DNA of 64,000 bases from a virus, in IMG/VR virus record IMGVR_UViG_3300047369_000650, positions 32,001-96,000 of that record. One strand, given 5' to 3'. The notes under the pieces are model-generated. The model searched no databases. It was not told the DNA's origin and saw only the letters and a list, made by a program, of their open reading frames with translations. Numbering within the stretch: the first letter of the stretch is position 1; each line of letters begins with the position of its first letter. A program made the position numbers and the translations under genes. Of the stretch, positions 40,558 through 51,693 are shown piece after piece.

Positions 40558-43029
40558 ATGGCAAAATCAAAAGGTAGATTACTTTCAGAATTAGCAGAAG
40601 CCCCTAAAAATGAAGACTATTCTGATGTTAATGCATTACCAAATACAGGAAATAAAGTTGGAGATCAGGCTTTTGTAGAAGAAACAGATAGACTCTACAT
40701 ATGGAATGGCTCGGGCTGGTATAATATAGCTTTAATTAATACTACACCAACATGGGATTCTGGTGGACAACCAGCAGGTTCTTATGTATTAGATGCAGAC
40801 AGCCCACAAACATCTACAACAATTACTTTAGCCGCTTCTGATCCAGAAGGTCTTCCTATATCATATAATTATATTACCGGTGGTTCTATGGACAGTATAG
40901 CTACTATCAGTCAAGATTCTTCAGTATTTACAATTACGCCTAAAACTTCAACTCAAGTGCCTGATGGTGGTACGGGTAGTATAACCTTTAGAGCAACTGA
41001 TGGAGTTAATATATTACCTCAAGTATCCAGCTTTACGCTTAGTTTTATTACTGTTATAGAAAACAGTAAATATACAACTTTGTTGGTCACTGCTACGGGT
41101 ACATCTGATAATAATAACATAACAGATGCATCTTCAAATAATCATAGCATCACGGTAACTGGAGATACTTACGCCGGTACTTTTAGCCCGTATCGTAGTG
41201 GTGGATATAGTATGTACTTTGACGGGTCGGGTGGAGATTATGTAAGATCACCTACACATGCCGATTTTGGTTTTAGTACAGATGATTTTACAATAGAATG
41301 TTGGTATTATCCGGTATCAAAAGCTCAGAACTATCCTAGAATATGGCATTTTGGCCCATATTGGAGTAACGCAAATTCCTTATGTTTTCAAGATAGACAT
41401 AATTCTTGGTCAACTACCTTTTCTCTAGTTGCCTTTTCAGGGGGAGAAATTTTAAATTCTACCACAACAGTAGAAAATGGTAATTGGTATCATCTAACAG
41501 TTGAAAGAAGTGGCACTACTATAACTTTATATGTAAATGGCGTAGCAGAAGATACATATAATATTGGAACTTCTCAATTCATAACAAGTTCAACTAGTTA
41601 TGTTACTCTTGGTAATGTAAGTGATGGGTCAAATTTAAACGAATCACAATTAAATGGATATATTAGAGATTTTAGATATGTTAAAGGTACAGCTGTTTAT
41701 GATGGAAACTTTACACCTACAACAGAACCTTTAGAAGAAATTACTAATACAAAGCTGTTTACATCTCACCTACCATACATTACTGATGGTTCTAATAACC
41801 ATTCGCTTACGCTTTCAGGCGATGTTTACACAAAACCATTCTCACCCTATGATTACGATGAATACTCAGCAACAAATCACGGTGGGTCTATAAATTTTGA
41901 TGGTAGTGGAGATCATTTAACTATACCAGATCATTCCTCACTTAATTTTGCTTCTAATGATTGGACTATAGAATGCTGGATATATCCAAGAACAAATGTA
42001 GGTGATTGTGGTATTTGGCACCAGTCTGCATCTGGAACAGATTGGTATAGCATTTATTTAGATGGTGCATTTAATTTAAAATTTGTTTTTTACAATCTTA
42101 GTAATGGTGTTGAGTGGGCTGGAACTGCAGCATCAAATACAGCACCACAAAATACTTGGACTCATGTTGCCTTAGTAAGACAGTTTGGAACTGGTGTTTA
42201 CCTTTATGCTAACGGCAAATTAGTTGCATCAGATACTTTAGATGCAAGTGTTACAATGTTAGATAAAACATACAATCACGTTATAGGATATGAACGGTTT
42301 GTAGGCAGCGGAACATATTTTGATGGCTTTATTAGCGACTTTAAAATGGATATAGGAACTGCACATTATACAGCAGAATTTACTCCACCAACTGCTCCAC
42401 TATCTTCATCTAGTGCTGATATGCATATAAAAGGTACAGACGCTTCTATCATAGATAAGGCTCAAGGATCTAATTTAAAACTGGTTGGAAACACTACTGG
42501 CTCAACTAGTCAAGTTAAATTTGGTGGTTCTAAATCTATGTATTTTGATGGAACTACGGATTATATTGTGTCTCAAGAACCAGTTAAGCTTGGTACACAA
42601 GATTTTACGGCCGAGTGTTGGTTGTATTATCAATCTGGTCTTGAATTAATGGGAAATAGAGTTACTAACGGCTCTGGCGGATTTAGCGTTAGAATAACCT
42701 CAACTTCTCTTACTGTAGGTAATTCTTCTGGATCTGGGTTTGGTAGTGTTTTTAGTGGTACAACGTCTTCTTTAACAAATGCTTGGCATCATATTGCAGT
42801 ATCCAGATCATCTGGTGTTACTAAGATTTATGTTGATGGCACATCTATTGCCTCACATTCTTCTTCTATAGATTTTTCTTTAAGTAATCCGTTTGTAATT
42901 GGATATGCTTACACCAATGGTTCTGGAGCTGATTCAATACAAGGCTGGATCCAAGACTTCCGCATCACTAATGGATTAGCTCGCTACACCGCAAACTTTA
43001 CACCACCAACAGCTTCATTAGAAGGTTAG
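40558..43029 (+). CDS. Fibre/receptor-binding protein: cadherin-like anchor module plus three LamG/ConA-like domains
   Basis: Three SMYFDG...DFTIECW...WxHxxxxRSG...LYxNG...GYIxDFR...YxxNFTP units. Confidence 0.85.
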   Translation: MAKSKGRLLSELAEAPKNEDYSDVNALPNTGNKVGDQAFVEETDRLYIWNGSGWYNIALINTTPTWDSGGQPAGSYVLDADSPQTSTTITLAASDPEGLPISYNYITGGSMDSIATISQDSSVFTITPKTSTQVPDGGTGSITFRATDGVNILPQVSSFTLSFITVIENSKYTTLLVTATGTSDNNNITDASSNNHSITVTGDTYAGTFSPYRSGGYSMYFDGSGGDYVRSPTHADFGFSTDDFTIECWYYPVSKAQNYPRIWHFGPYWSNANSLCFQDRHNSWSTTFSLVAFSGGEILNSTTTVENGNWYHLTVERSGTTITLYVNGVAEDTYNIGTSQFITSSTSYVTLGNVSDGSNLNESQLNGYIRDFRYVKGTAVYDGNFTPTTEPLEEITNTKLFTSHLPYITDGSNNHSLTLSGDVYTKPFSPYDYDEYSATNHGGSINFDGSGDHLTIPDHSSLNFASNDWTIECWIYPRTNVGDCGIWHQSASGTDWYSIYLDGAFNLKFVFYNLSNGVEWAGTAASNTAPQNTWTHVALVRQFGTGVYLYANGKLVASDTLDASVTMLDKTYNHVIGYERFVGSGTYFDGFISDFKMDIGTAHYTAEFTPPTAPLSSSSADMHIKGTDASIIDKAQGSNLKLVGNTTGSTSQVKFGGSKSMYFDGTTDYIVSQEPVKLGTQDFTAECWLYYQSGLELMGNRVTNGSGGFSVRITSTSLTVGNSSGSGFGSVFSGTTSSLTNAWHHIAVSRSSGVTKIYVDGTSIASHSSSIDFSLSNPFVIGYAYTNGSGADSIQGWIQDFRITNGLARYTANFTPPTASLEG

Positions 43030-43040
43030 TTTAAAATATT

Positions 43041-46000
43041 ATGACCTTAGCAATATATAATAATAGTGATAGTTTACCATCTCCAGTTAATGCTAATGAG
43101 GGTGATATAGCATTTGTAAAAGAAACAGGTGAAACTAAACAGTTCTTAGATTTAAGTACACTTTCTTCTTTCTCTTATAGCTTTGATGGTAATTCATATT
43201 TAAGCGTAGACTCTCCAAATATTAATCACCTTTCTAATAATATAAATGATAATTTTAGTATATCATTTTTTAGTTATTCGGTCGACTCTCCTTTCAATGG
43301 TTCATTATTAAGTTTTTATTTAGACAGTAATGTTTCAACAATAGTTGATGGGTCAGCAGTGCCAGCGACATTAACTTTATCTGATTCAATTAGTGCTTTT
43401 ACATTTACGCCTTTAGAAACATTAAATAATCCTGAAGCTAACGCTGCTAGTATATATTTCCCTGGAGTAAATTCTTCAATAACATCTAGCGCTAATCAAT
43501 CTTTGGTTAATTTTACTCAAGAGTTTTTACCGTACACGATCGAGTCTTGGACCAAAACTTTACAGACTCCTCTAGGAAGTCAGACTGTAACAGATATTCC
43601 AGGTTGCTTAAGATGGACTAATGATGGTATTATTACAAATGATGTGAAATTTAAATTTCAGACACCAGGTAATTTTATATATGATACTTGGGAACATAAT
43701 GCTTTATCTTATGATGGTTATGATCACAAATATTTTTTAAATGGAACAGAAATTCCTATGTCAATGGATGCCAATTATGAATTTAGTAATGGTAGCCTTT
43801 ATTTAAATCAATTTGAAACAGATAAAAGTGCAACCTTTCAAGCAAAGGTATTTTTCCCTTTAACACCAGTGGATGCTACACTTTTTTCTTTAGGTAATAC
43901 TGGCAATCAGACTAGTATAACATTGTCTAATGCATCAACTACTCCTACACTTACATTAGCTAAAGACGGATTAAGTGTTTCAACTACTTCAGTTCCGGCT
44001 GATAGTGATTATCATGTTGTGTCTTGGATATACGATAATGACGCTGGTTCTATAAAGCTATTATTAGATAATTCTGTTGTAGGAACGGATACTTCGGGCT
44101 CAAGCTTTACTAATTGGGCAGATCAGGGTTCTACCGAATATATTTCAGAATATCCAATATCGGCAGGTGATATAACATATCAACCATATCACTATCATCC
44201 ATCAGCGGCAAATCATGAAGTTCTACAAGATGCTACTACTATTACATCTAGTGGTAATATTAGAATGAATACAACTCGTAATAATAGATGGTCATATTTT
44301 GTAATAACTGGAGGCGATCTTATAACAACATCTCAAAATAAAATATATTATTTTGAATCTAAGTGGATAGGAAATCCAAGACCGAGTACAAGTGCAACCG
44401 ATCCATATCCATATACAAACTCTGGTGTTTTTATTGTTGATGCTGGATGGGATGGTTTACCTACTTCACCTAATGATACTGAATATACTACCGAAAGATG
44501 GCAAGGTGAACATCTTAGAAATTCTAATCTTAGACCATCCGCTTCTAATAACGGTATATATTTAGCACCGCTTTTAAATAGTACTAATGGATATGGAAGG
44601 CACGATAATGGAAAAATATATAGCTATTTTATAGACACTCGCAATAATAAATTAATATGCTTTCGAGATGGACGGTACCTATTAAGAAATTTTGCTAATG
44701 CTTTTGGTGGCGGGTCTGCCCCTGTTGCTGGAAATGGATTTAAAATAGCCATACAAAATTGGAATAATGATAGATATAGCGCAAAACCATATGATCCAGA
44801 TGCAAATGTTGAATTTGTTTTTAATAAAAATGACTGGTCTTTTGATCCGATGGAAATATATCGGACTTATTCTTCAAACTTATCAATTACAATACCAGAA
44901 GACGGTGCTTTTCTATCTAGTTCCAATTTTCAAAATTGGCCACAAGAAACTAATAGTTGGCCATATAAACTTAGATATTATCCTAAGAAAGTAGAAAAAT
45001 TAGAAGCCAAATCCATCACATTAGGTACAGGTGAGAGGCAGCTAAATACCGAAAATGAGACTGGTACTTCATATGCAAATTCATATATTGCAAATACAGG
45101 CGGCTCTATTGTTTCACATAGTGATAGTGATTTAACATCTTTAATAAGTAGCGGTTCAATTAATAGTGGTGACGCATTATTATTAGATTCTGGAACATAT
45201 TCTTTAAATGCAATTCCAGACCCTACGTATGGTAATTCTGGCAATGGAACATTTAATCCATTTGGGGGAAAAAGTATTCTTATTTGTGGCAAGACTTCAA
45301 ACCCAAATGATGTAACAATAAATTATACACCAACAAATATCTATAGAGATAAACCTCTTTTTGGTAGAACACAATCACCAAATAGTGGAATTTCATTCGT
45401 AAGATTCAAAAGAAAATTTGTAGGTGGCGCCGTTACTAATTATACAATGGCTATAAGTAATTTCTCAAATGGATTTACTTGTCATAAAACTATTTTTGAT
45501 TTTGATAATGAGAAATTTTCTTTTAGTTATGATAATAGTTATAAACCTGGCAAAAAAATATTTAATGAGTGTGTATTTACAAACTATAATGGTGAAGTTT
45601 TTCCAGATTATAGAGGAGAGCCATCTTCTATAGTTATTAACAATTGTATTTTTACCGATGAATATGATGAAAACAGTTCTTTTAGACATACTAAAAAAGG
45701 TTTAATAGAAAAAGATGTAAAAGTAAGTAATACAAACTTTTCTTTAACTAAAAAGAATTTTGAAGGTTATATGAAAAACTTTCATGTAAGAAGTTTACAA
45801 GCATATGATTCTGATTTTACTGTAAATGATTCTACTCAAAGAAGCCCTATTTTTTCTTCTAATACTCAAGGCGTTAATACAGAATTACTAGTTAAATCCA
45901 CAGGTGAAAGCCCTACAATACTTGAAGTTACAACATCAGGAAATTTATTACATAATAACAATAGAGTATATAGTGGTTCTATAGAAAAACAAGATTGGAC

Positions 46001-46976
46001 TTATCATAGAATAAAAATTGATAATAACAATTTAGAATATTATAATGATAGTTCATTATTACATACCATAAATAATTTCTTAGTCCCAGAAAAAACAGTT
46101 TCTGATATGGAAGTATTAATCGGAAATAAAAAAGTATTTCAGTCCTCTACAGGATCTTTTATTGATAATCCAGTAGAACAAGATACAATCATAAAAGATT
46201 TTCGTTTAGCTGATAGTATAGACACATCCGTGCCTAATTCAGATCATACTAGAGTTTCAGAAGATAGAGTTTTAACTGCTGATAATTCTACAGTTCCTAG
46301 TAACACTGATGTTAATGTTGTTGGTTCAGGTATTTTTGGAATTAATTTTAGCCCAGTTGCTGGTCAAAATAGAAATTGGTTTACTATATCAAAGGAAAAT
46401 CCTTCGGTAGCTATTAATACTAATATTGTTACACACAATAATGAGATTGGTGCAAATTATGATACTATTGTTAATACATATGATTCAGATCTTATTTTAT
46501 TTGATAGTGGAAATGATTATAAAACTGTCATTACATTACAAAATGTAGATGATTCAAATCAACCCATAAAATGGACATATGAAGTTTTACAGCCAGAAAA
46601 AAGAATTAATATTGGATATGATTCAACTGAAACATCTTACTTAATTAAAAAATATAAAAATGAATATAATCCTGATGATTATGATGCAGGTGGAACACAA
46701 ATAGCTAGTCTCCTTTTCTATCCACAAAAAACAGATTTAAGTGATTCTTCAGAACCAATATTTTTTAATTCTGTAGGAACACAAGAAAAAGGTCCAATTT
46801 CTTCTATAAATGTTATATGTGATAAATTTGGGTTAAATCTTGATAATGAAAATTTATTTAATGTTAATATAGTTACATTTTCCGAATTAGATTCTACACA
46901 ATCCGAATCTTCATATGTTTTTGAAAATAAATTACCAGAAATACAAATATACGATAGTATAGGAGCTTTACCATGA
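43041..46976 (+). CDS. Large mosaic virion protein (LamG-like, SPRY-like and beta-helix-like segments)
   Basis: YHVVSWIYDN...KLLLDN; YYFESKWIG...SYFIDTRNNKLICFRDG; SGDALLLDSGTY followed by N/C-rich FxNCxF rungs. Confidence 0.55.
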   Translation: MTLAIYNNSDSLPSPVNANEGDIAFVKETGETKQFLDLSTLSSFSYSFDGNSYLSVDSPNINHLSNNINDNFSISFFSYSVDSPFNGSLLSFYLDSNVSTIVDGSAVPATLTLSDSISAFTFTPLETLNNPEANAASIYFPGVNSSITSSANQSLVNFTQEFLPYTIESWTKTLQTPLGSQTVTDIPGCLRWTNDGIITNDVKFKFQTPGNFIYDTWEHNALSYDGYDHKYFLNGTEIPMSMDANYEFSNGSLYLNQFETDKSATFQAKVFFPLTPVDATLFSLGNTGNQTSITLSNASTTPTLTLAKDGLSVSTTSVPADSDYHVVSWIYDNDAGSIKLLLDNSVVGTDTSGSSFTNWADQGSTEYISEYPISAGDITYQPYHYHPSAANHEVLQDATTITSSGNIRMNTTRNNRWSYFVITGGDLITTSQNKIYYFESKWIGNPRPSTSATDPYPYTNSGVFIVDAGWDGLPTSPNDTEYTTERWQGEHLRNSNLRPSASNNGIYLAPLLNSTNGYGRHDNGKIYSYFIDTRNNKLICFRDGRYLLRNFANAFGGGSAPVAGNGFKIAIQNWNNDRYSAKPYDPDANVEFVFNKNDWSFDPMEIYRTYSSNLSITIPEDGAFLSSSNFQNWPQETNSWPYKLRYYPKKVEKLEAKSITLGTGERQLNTENETGTSYANSYIANTGGSIVSHSDSDLTSLISSGSINSGDALLLDSGTYSLNAIPDPTYGNSGNGTFNPFGGKSILICGKTSNPNDVTINYTPTNIYRDKPLFGRTQSPNSGISFVRFKRKFVGGAVTNYTMAISNFSNGFTCHKTIFDFDNEKFSFSYDNSYKPGKKIFNECVFTNYNGEVFPDYRGEPSSIVINNCIFTDEYDENSSFRHTKKGLIEKDVKVSNTNFSLTKKNFEGYMKNFHVRSLQAYDSDFTVNDSTQRSPIFSSNTQGVNTELLVKSTGESPTILEVTTSGNLLHNNNRVYSGSIEKQDWTYHRIKIDNNNLEYYNDSSLLHTINNFLVPEKTVSDMEVLIGNKKVFQSSTGSFIDNPVEQDTIIKDFRLADSIDTSVPNSDHTRVSEDRVLTADNSTVPSNTDVNVVGSGIFGINFSPVAGQNRNWFTISKENPSVAINTNIVTHNNEIGANYDTIVNTYDSDLILFDSGNDYKTVITLQNVDDSNQPIKWTYEVLQPEKRINIGYDSTETSYLIKKYKNEYNPDDYDAGGTQIASLLFYPQKTDLSDSSEPIFFNSVGTQEKGPISSINVICDKFGLNLDNENLFNVNIVTFSELDSTQSESSYVFENKLPEIQIYDSIGALP

Positions 46977-49900
46977 GTGTATATTCAGCAGGCTCCTTAA
47001 TCCCTGATAGCAGTAATGGTGCAGTATTTGATCGCTCACTAACTGTTAATGGATTAAAGATTGTTGTAGCTGGTGCTGTAGGTGGACAGAGTACAGTACC
47101 CGATTCTTGGGCTCTAAAGATTGCAAGAGTAGTACAATTAATAATTGACCCTAATGCACCAAATATTAATATACCAGATCAAATAAAATTAATTAATACT
47201 TTAAGAGGTGCCGCTGGAACTTTTCATGCTGGTTACCCAACGGCACAAAGAATAGGTTATGGTGGTGGTTCAACTTACACACCAAATTGGTTAGAAGATA
47301 CCGGCATTCCTAGTTATTCTGGCTATCAAGGGTTTTTAAATACTCATTTATCAAATGATATGATATGGTATAGAAATATTAATGGGCCAAATCCAACGAC
47401 AAGTGATAGTGAAATTGAAGAAGTTATGGAGCATATATTCCATACTATTCATTTATTTGGCATACCGGGTGCCGTAACAGGAAGTTCAACTGCTGTAAAC
47501 TGGAGAGCAACAGATTTTGCCAATAATGATTGGAAATTAACTGAACTTCATTTAGCTATGGCTGAAGCTATTAATTCTGGAAAGTTTGATCCTAGCGACT
47601 ATGCTGCAAATTGGAATACTGTTGCCGATGCGGCAGAAGTTGCATATAAAGAATATATGTATTTGCTTAACTGGGGTATGTGGGAAATGTCTGAATTTTG
47701 GGATGGCGAAAGTTTATCTCCAGAATGGTCTGACGATATGCGAACAGTATCCGGAATACAGACTAATAACCCTTTAGGTTATGCTTTATTTAACTCATAT
47801 TTTAATAAAGTATTGAGTAAACCAAATTTCTCAACTTTAAAAAACATATTTCAAGGTAATGATATTGGCATATCAGGTTATGTTCAAGATTATATACAAG
47901 ATTCAATAGAAGATGCTTTTAGCCAAACTGCATTTATAGATGGTTCTTATTATAATAATATTGATAGTCAGTGGTTTAAAACGGGAATACAAACCCCTGG
48001 ATTTAATTCTTATGCAATAATTGGTGGTAAATTAGTTATTAACTATGATTCAGATTTTGATATATTAAGAAATGGATTAACTCCATTTTTAAATTTTAAT
48101 AATGTGGATAGCAATGGTAATAGTATTATTTGGTCTAGCTCAATTAAATATGATGATGGTGCTAATGTTCCAAATAGTAGATTTGCAACAATATCGATAG
48201 TAGGTTCAACTCCACAATTTTCTGTTGTACCATCTAAAGATCCATATGAACAATATAAAACAAATATAATAAGATTTGAAACATCTTCGTTACCTGCGTT
48301 TTCACTATATGATAGTGACAAACAAATTGAGTATAATAATCTTTCAAAATTAAGTGTTGATATTAATTTTTCATATTCTTCTGCTAATATTACTAGTAAT
48401 CACGGTAAAGGATATTCATTAGTAACAATAGGATCTCCACTCGTAAACTTTTTTAATAATTCAAGCATAAAACCGTTTGGAGACAATCAAGGATTACACT
48501 TCAACAGTAACGGCACGAGATTATTTGTCAATAATAATTCAAAGATTAATCAGTACGATTTAACTGTGCCATATGATACTCTAACCATGTCAAATGTAAA
48601 ATCATATACACCACACTTAAACGACGGTACTGGGCTTACAGATTTGACTTTTAATGATTCTGGAAATAAAATGTATCTCGTTAATAATTCGGGCAATAAG
48701 ATACATGAATATGATGTAGATACTCCTTTTGATATAACTACAGCTATTAAAAGAGACAATATTTTAACCCAAGCTAATATGGATAAAGATATTGTCATAG
48801 TTGATAATGGTTCTAAATTAATTACGAAAACTGGATCAACTGTTGTAGCTCACGATTTAGAAGAAAATTATAATATTTCTACTTGGAATAATACAGCAAC
48901 TTCAAGTAAATCTTTAACTACATTAACATATCGAGTCACCGAAAATAGGTACCCTTCTGCTTATGAAAGAAGATATAGTGGTGTTTATTATTTTAGACAA
49001 ACATATTATTCATCACCTTTTTATAGAACTCGTTGGGTAAGTCAATGGGATCATTCTTCTACCGCTAAGTCATATTGTTTTTCTAGTAATGGTCAGTATA
49101 TTTTCTGGGTCACTGGTTTAGCATCTTATTTCGGAAGAGTTTATAGACAAAGTCTTACAACGCCTTGGGATATTACATCAGCTACTTCAACTCAGACAAG
49201 AAATCATACTATAGGAAAAGCAACTAGTGATACATTTGAAAGAAATGATAAAAATAATGGTGTTCAATGCATTCGCATTTCGCCTGATGGTTTAAAATTA
49301 TTTTTATTAGATACATATACGCATTCTATATTTCAACATAATATGACAACAGCATATAGTTTATCATCAATTGGTAGTAATATAAGAGAATTAGACAAAG
49401 CTATTGAACCCAACGGTGGCTATGAAGTTAAATTCACATATAGTGAAATTCCTAATCCTACACCATCGTCATCATATACAGATACAAGTAATGTGAGAAA
49501 TTTTTCATTTAATAGTGGAGGAACTAAACTTTATATTACCAATGATAATGACGTTTATGAGTATAATCTTATAGCTCCTTTTGATTTAAGTTCTGTAACA
49601 TATGTTACATCGTACAGTATCTTTTCTTCCGATATATCAGTCGATGGTGGTATATTTATTGGAGATAGTGATCAAAGAATATATGCATATGGAAGTAATT
49701 TTATTCGTCAATATAATTTAGATTCTAATTTAAGCACAATATCGGATCCTTTTAAGTCTAAAGAATTAGTTGTAACTGCAGAAGATAATCAACCTACAGG
49801 AATTTATTTTAATAATTCTGGATCCACTTTATATATGTGTGGCACTCAAACAAATAATGTATTTAAATATACTTTAACAGATAAAGATAAAATTTACTCA

Positions 49901-50197
49901 GCATCTTTTGATTCTGCATATTCAACACCATCTTTAATTACAAATCTTAATGGTATAGTAACAAATGAAAATGAAGATAAAATGTATTTATTATCAGATA
50001 GATTGGTAGCAGAAATAAACATAAACTCACAGTTTTCTACTTCCACAGATCCAGGAGTTAGCTATACTACAGTAAAAGGTAATTCGGTTAATGGAGGAAT
50101 AAGATGGAATAATGATGGAAGTCAGTTTATAATAGCAGGAAATTCCACCTTAGAAACATATAAAACTGATAATCCATTTAGAGTTATTCCGATATAA
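46973..50197 (+). CDS. Mosaic virion protein: N-terminal EHxxH zincin-like domain plus C-terminal beta-propeller repeats
   Basis: EEVMEHIFHTIH...AYKEY motif; repeated GLxFNxxGTKLY/MY...IxQYxLxxPFD blades; ATGA overlap with the previous stop. Confidence 0.6.
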   Translation: MSVYSAGSLIPDSSNGAVFDRSLTVNGLKIVVAGAVGGQSTVPDSWALKIARVVQLIIDPNAPNINIPDQIKLINTLRGAAGTFHAGYPTAQRIGYGGGSTYTPNWLEDTGIPSYSGYQGFLNTHLSNDMIWYRNINGPNPTTSDSEIEEVMEHIFHTIHLFGIPGAVTGSSTAVNWRATDFANNDWKLTELHLAMAEAINSGKFDPSDYAANWNTVADAAEVAYKEYMYLLNWGMWEMSEFWDGESLSPEWSDDMRTVSGIQTNNPLGYALFNSYFNKVLSKPNFSTLKNIFQGNDIGISGYVQDYIQDSIEDAFSQTAFIDGSYYNNIDSQWFKTGIQTPGFNSYAIIGGKLVINYDSDFDILRNGLTPFLNFNNVDSNGNSIIWSSSIKYDDGANVPNSRFATISIVGSTPQFSVVPSKDPYEQYKTNIIRFETSSLPAFSLYDSDKQIEYNNLSKLSVDINFSYSSANITSNHGKGYSLVTIGSPLVNFFNNSSIKPFGDNQGLHFNSNGTRLFVNNNSKINQYDLTVPYDTLTMSNVKSYTPHLNDGTGLTDLTFNDSGNKMYLVNNSGNKIHEYDVDTPFDITTAIKRDNILTQANMDKDIVIVDNGSKLITKTGSTVVAHDLEENYNISTWNNTATSSKSLTTLTYRVTENRYPSAYERRYSGVYYFRQTYYSSPFYRTRWVSQWDHSSTAKSYCFSSNGQYIFWVTGLASYFGRVYRQSLTTPWDITSATSTQTRNHTIGKATSDTFERNDKNNGVQCIRISPDGLKLFLLDTYTHSIFQHNMTTAYSLSSIGSNIRELDKAIEPNGGYEVKFTYSEIPNPTPSSSYTDTSNVRNFSFNSGGTKLYITNDNDVYEYNLIAPFDLSSVTYVTSYSIFSSDISVDGGIFIGDSDQRIYAYGSNFIRQYNLDSNLSTISDPFKSKELVVTAEDNQPTGIYFNNSGSTLYMCGTQTNNVFKYTLTDKDKIYSASFDSAYSTPSLITNLNGIVTNENEDKMYLLSDRLVAEININSQFSTSTDPGVSYTTVKGNSVNGGIRWNNDGSQFIIAGNSTLETYKTDNPFRVIPI

Positions 50198-50200
50198 ATA
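50193..50200 (+). promoter_or_regulatory. T4-type late promoter
   Basis: Exact TATAAATA overlapping the upstream stop codon. Confidence 0.75.
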
Positions 50201-50229
50201 GAATTATATTTAGTTTATAGGACATTAAT

Positions 50230-51582
50230 ATGCCATCAGCAGCAAGAAATTTAGCTAATCTATTAGGCGGATCCGCTACGATACCACAGGAAAAACTTGG
50301 AGATGATATATCCACAATTGAACAAGTGGCTACAACGGCACAATTAAGTGATACAGGAAACTCTGTTGGTGACCAAAGAGTTGTAGGGAATAATCTTTAC
50401 ATCTGGAATGGATCAGGCTGGTTTAGAATTGCTTTAATAAATGAAACTCCGACATGGGATTCAGGCGGTCAACCACTATCCTCATATGATTTAAGCTCAG
50501 ATAGCCCACAAACAGCTACAACAATTACTCTTGCTGCTACAGATCCAGATGGATTCCCTATCAACTATTCTTATGTGACTGGCGGTTCTATGGATTCTAT
50601 AGCAACTATCGGTCAAGATTCGTCCGTATTTACGATTACACCTAAAACAGAAGCTCAAGCACCAGATGGTGGTACTGGAACTATTACATTCAGAGCAAGT
50701 GATGGTATTAATATTCTACCTCAAGTGTCCAGCTTTACACTCTCATTTTCTGAAAATGCTTACTATATTGATCCTAGAGATCATGGTATGACTACTGGAA
50801 ATTTTTCTGGTGTTGGTATTAATTCTAATGATGAAGACCTCTATGTTTTGGGATATAGTGGAGACCAAAGAGTCTATAAATGGGAATTAGGAACACCAAC
50901 GGAACTAGCTTCAATTCCTAGTACCTATACTCAGAGGGCAGGTATATCCAACGGCACACCTTCTGGATTTTATATAAACCATGCTGGAACTTATTATTAT
51001 TACTGTAGTTATGGTAATGTATATCAAGTTAGTTTATCAACAGCAAACGATTTAACTACTGGTTCAGAGACATATACTGGCACTACTACTAGTGGACAAG
51101 CCTTTAATAACAGTGGACTTATTTTTGGTGCTACTATGAGTCATACTGGTCATAGACTTTATATAAGTGAAACAAATACCAATAATATACATGAATATCC
51201 TCTCAATACCAATTGGGATATATCAACTGCGCAAAATCGAACAAATTCTTTTGATCCTAATAATATCACCTATGCTTATGGATTAGGATGGAGCTCAGAT
51301 GGTATGAAACTTTGGGCTGCTGAAAACAGGTATGTACGTGAATATTCTGCATCATCCGCATATTCATTATCGGGTATGAGTGCAACTCCAAGCGCATCAT
51401 TTGATATGCAAGATTTAAATGGTAATGTTGATAACGGTGTAAATAATCTTAATAATCAGGAAATTAGGGGTATAGCCGTATCATCTGATGGAAATAGATT
51501 GTATCTGAACATAAGAGGTAAAGGTGTATATAAACTTACCATGACATCTCAAAATACAATTGCAGATGGTTTTGAACTTTAA
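50230..51582 (+). CDS. Fibre/receptor-binding protein: same anchor module as 40558 plus a beta-propeller
   Basis: 95/117 aa identical to the 40558 module (hand alignment); GxxxSSDGxKLW/RLY blades. Confidence 0.75.
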   Translation: MPSAARNLANLLGGSATIPQEKLGDDISTIEQVATTAQLSDTGNSVGDQRVVGNNLYIWNGSGWFRIALINETPTWDSGGQPLSSYDLSSDSPQTATTITLAATDPDGFPINYSYVTGGSMDSIATIGQDSSVFTITPKTEAQAPDGGTGTITFRASDGINILPQVSSFTLSFSENAYYIDPRDHGMTTGNFSGVGINSNDEDLYVLGYSGDQRVYKWELGTPTELASIPSTYTQRAGISNGTPSGFYINHAGTYYYYCSYGNVYQVSLSTANDLTTGSETYTGTTTSGQAFNNSGLIFGATMSHTGHRLYISETNTNNIHEYPLNTNWDISTAQNRTNSFDPNNITYAYGLGWSSDGMKLWAAENRYVREYSASSAYSLSGMSATPSASFDMQDLNGNVDNGVNNLNNQEIRGIAVSSDGNRLYLNIRGKGVYKLTMTSQNTIADGFEL

Positions 51583-51619
51583 AAGTTAGTGTTCCCTATC
51601 CTCAAGTAATTACTCTTTT

Positions 51620-51657
51620 AGTATATACTAGATTCTCTGAATTGTAAACCCCTAAAA
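51620..51657 (-). promoter_or_regulatory. Antisense T4-early/sigma70-type promoter
   Basis: The minus strand reads TTTTAGGGGTTTACA-17 nt-TATACT; its 16-nt -35 block is identical to 62536-62551 on the + strand. Confidence 0.7.
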
Positions 51658-51664
51658 TAAGGTA

Positions 51665-51693
51665 TTTACATTGTATAGATATTAGAGTATAAT
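51665..51693 (+). promoter_or_regulatory. Sigma70/early-type promoter of the glycosylation cluster
   Basis: TTTACA-17 nt-TATAAT, 28 nt upstream of the ATG. Confidence 0.8.

Noticed and set aside
40696-50748. Possible DGR template/variable repeat pair (40696-41046 versus 50398-50748)
   Set aside because: Differences are spread over all bases and are largely synonymous rather than adenine-specific. Both copies are N-terminal coding modules, and no reverse transcriptase is in the window.
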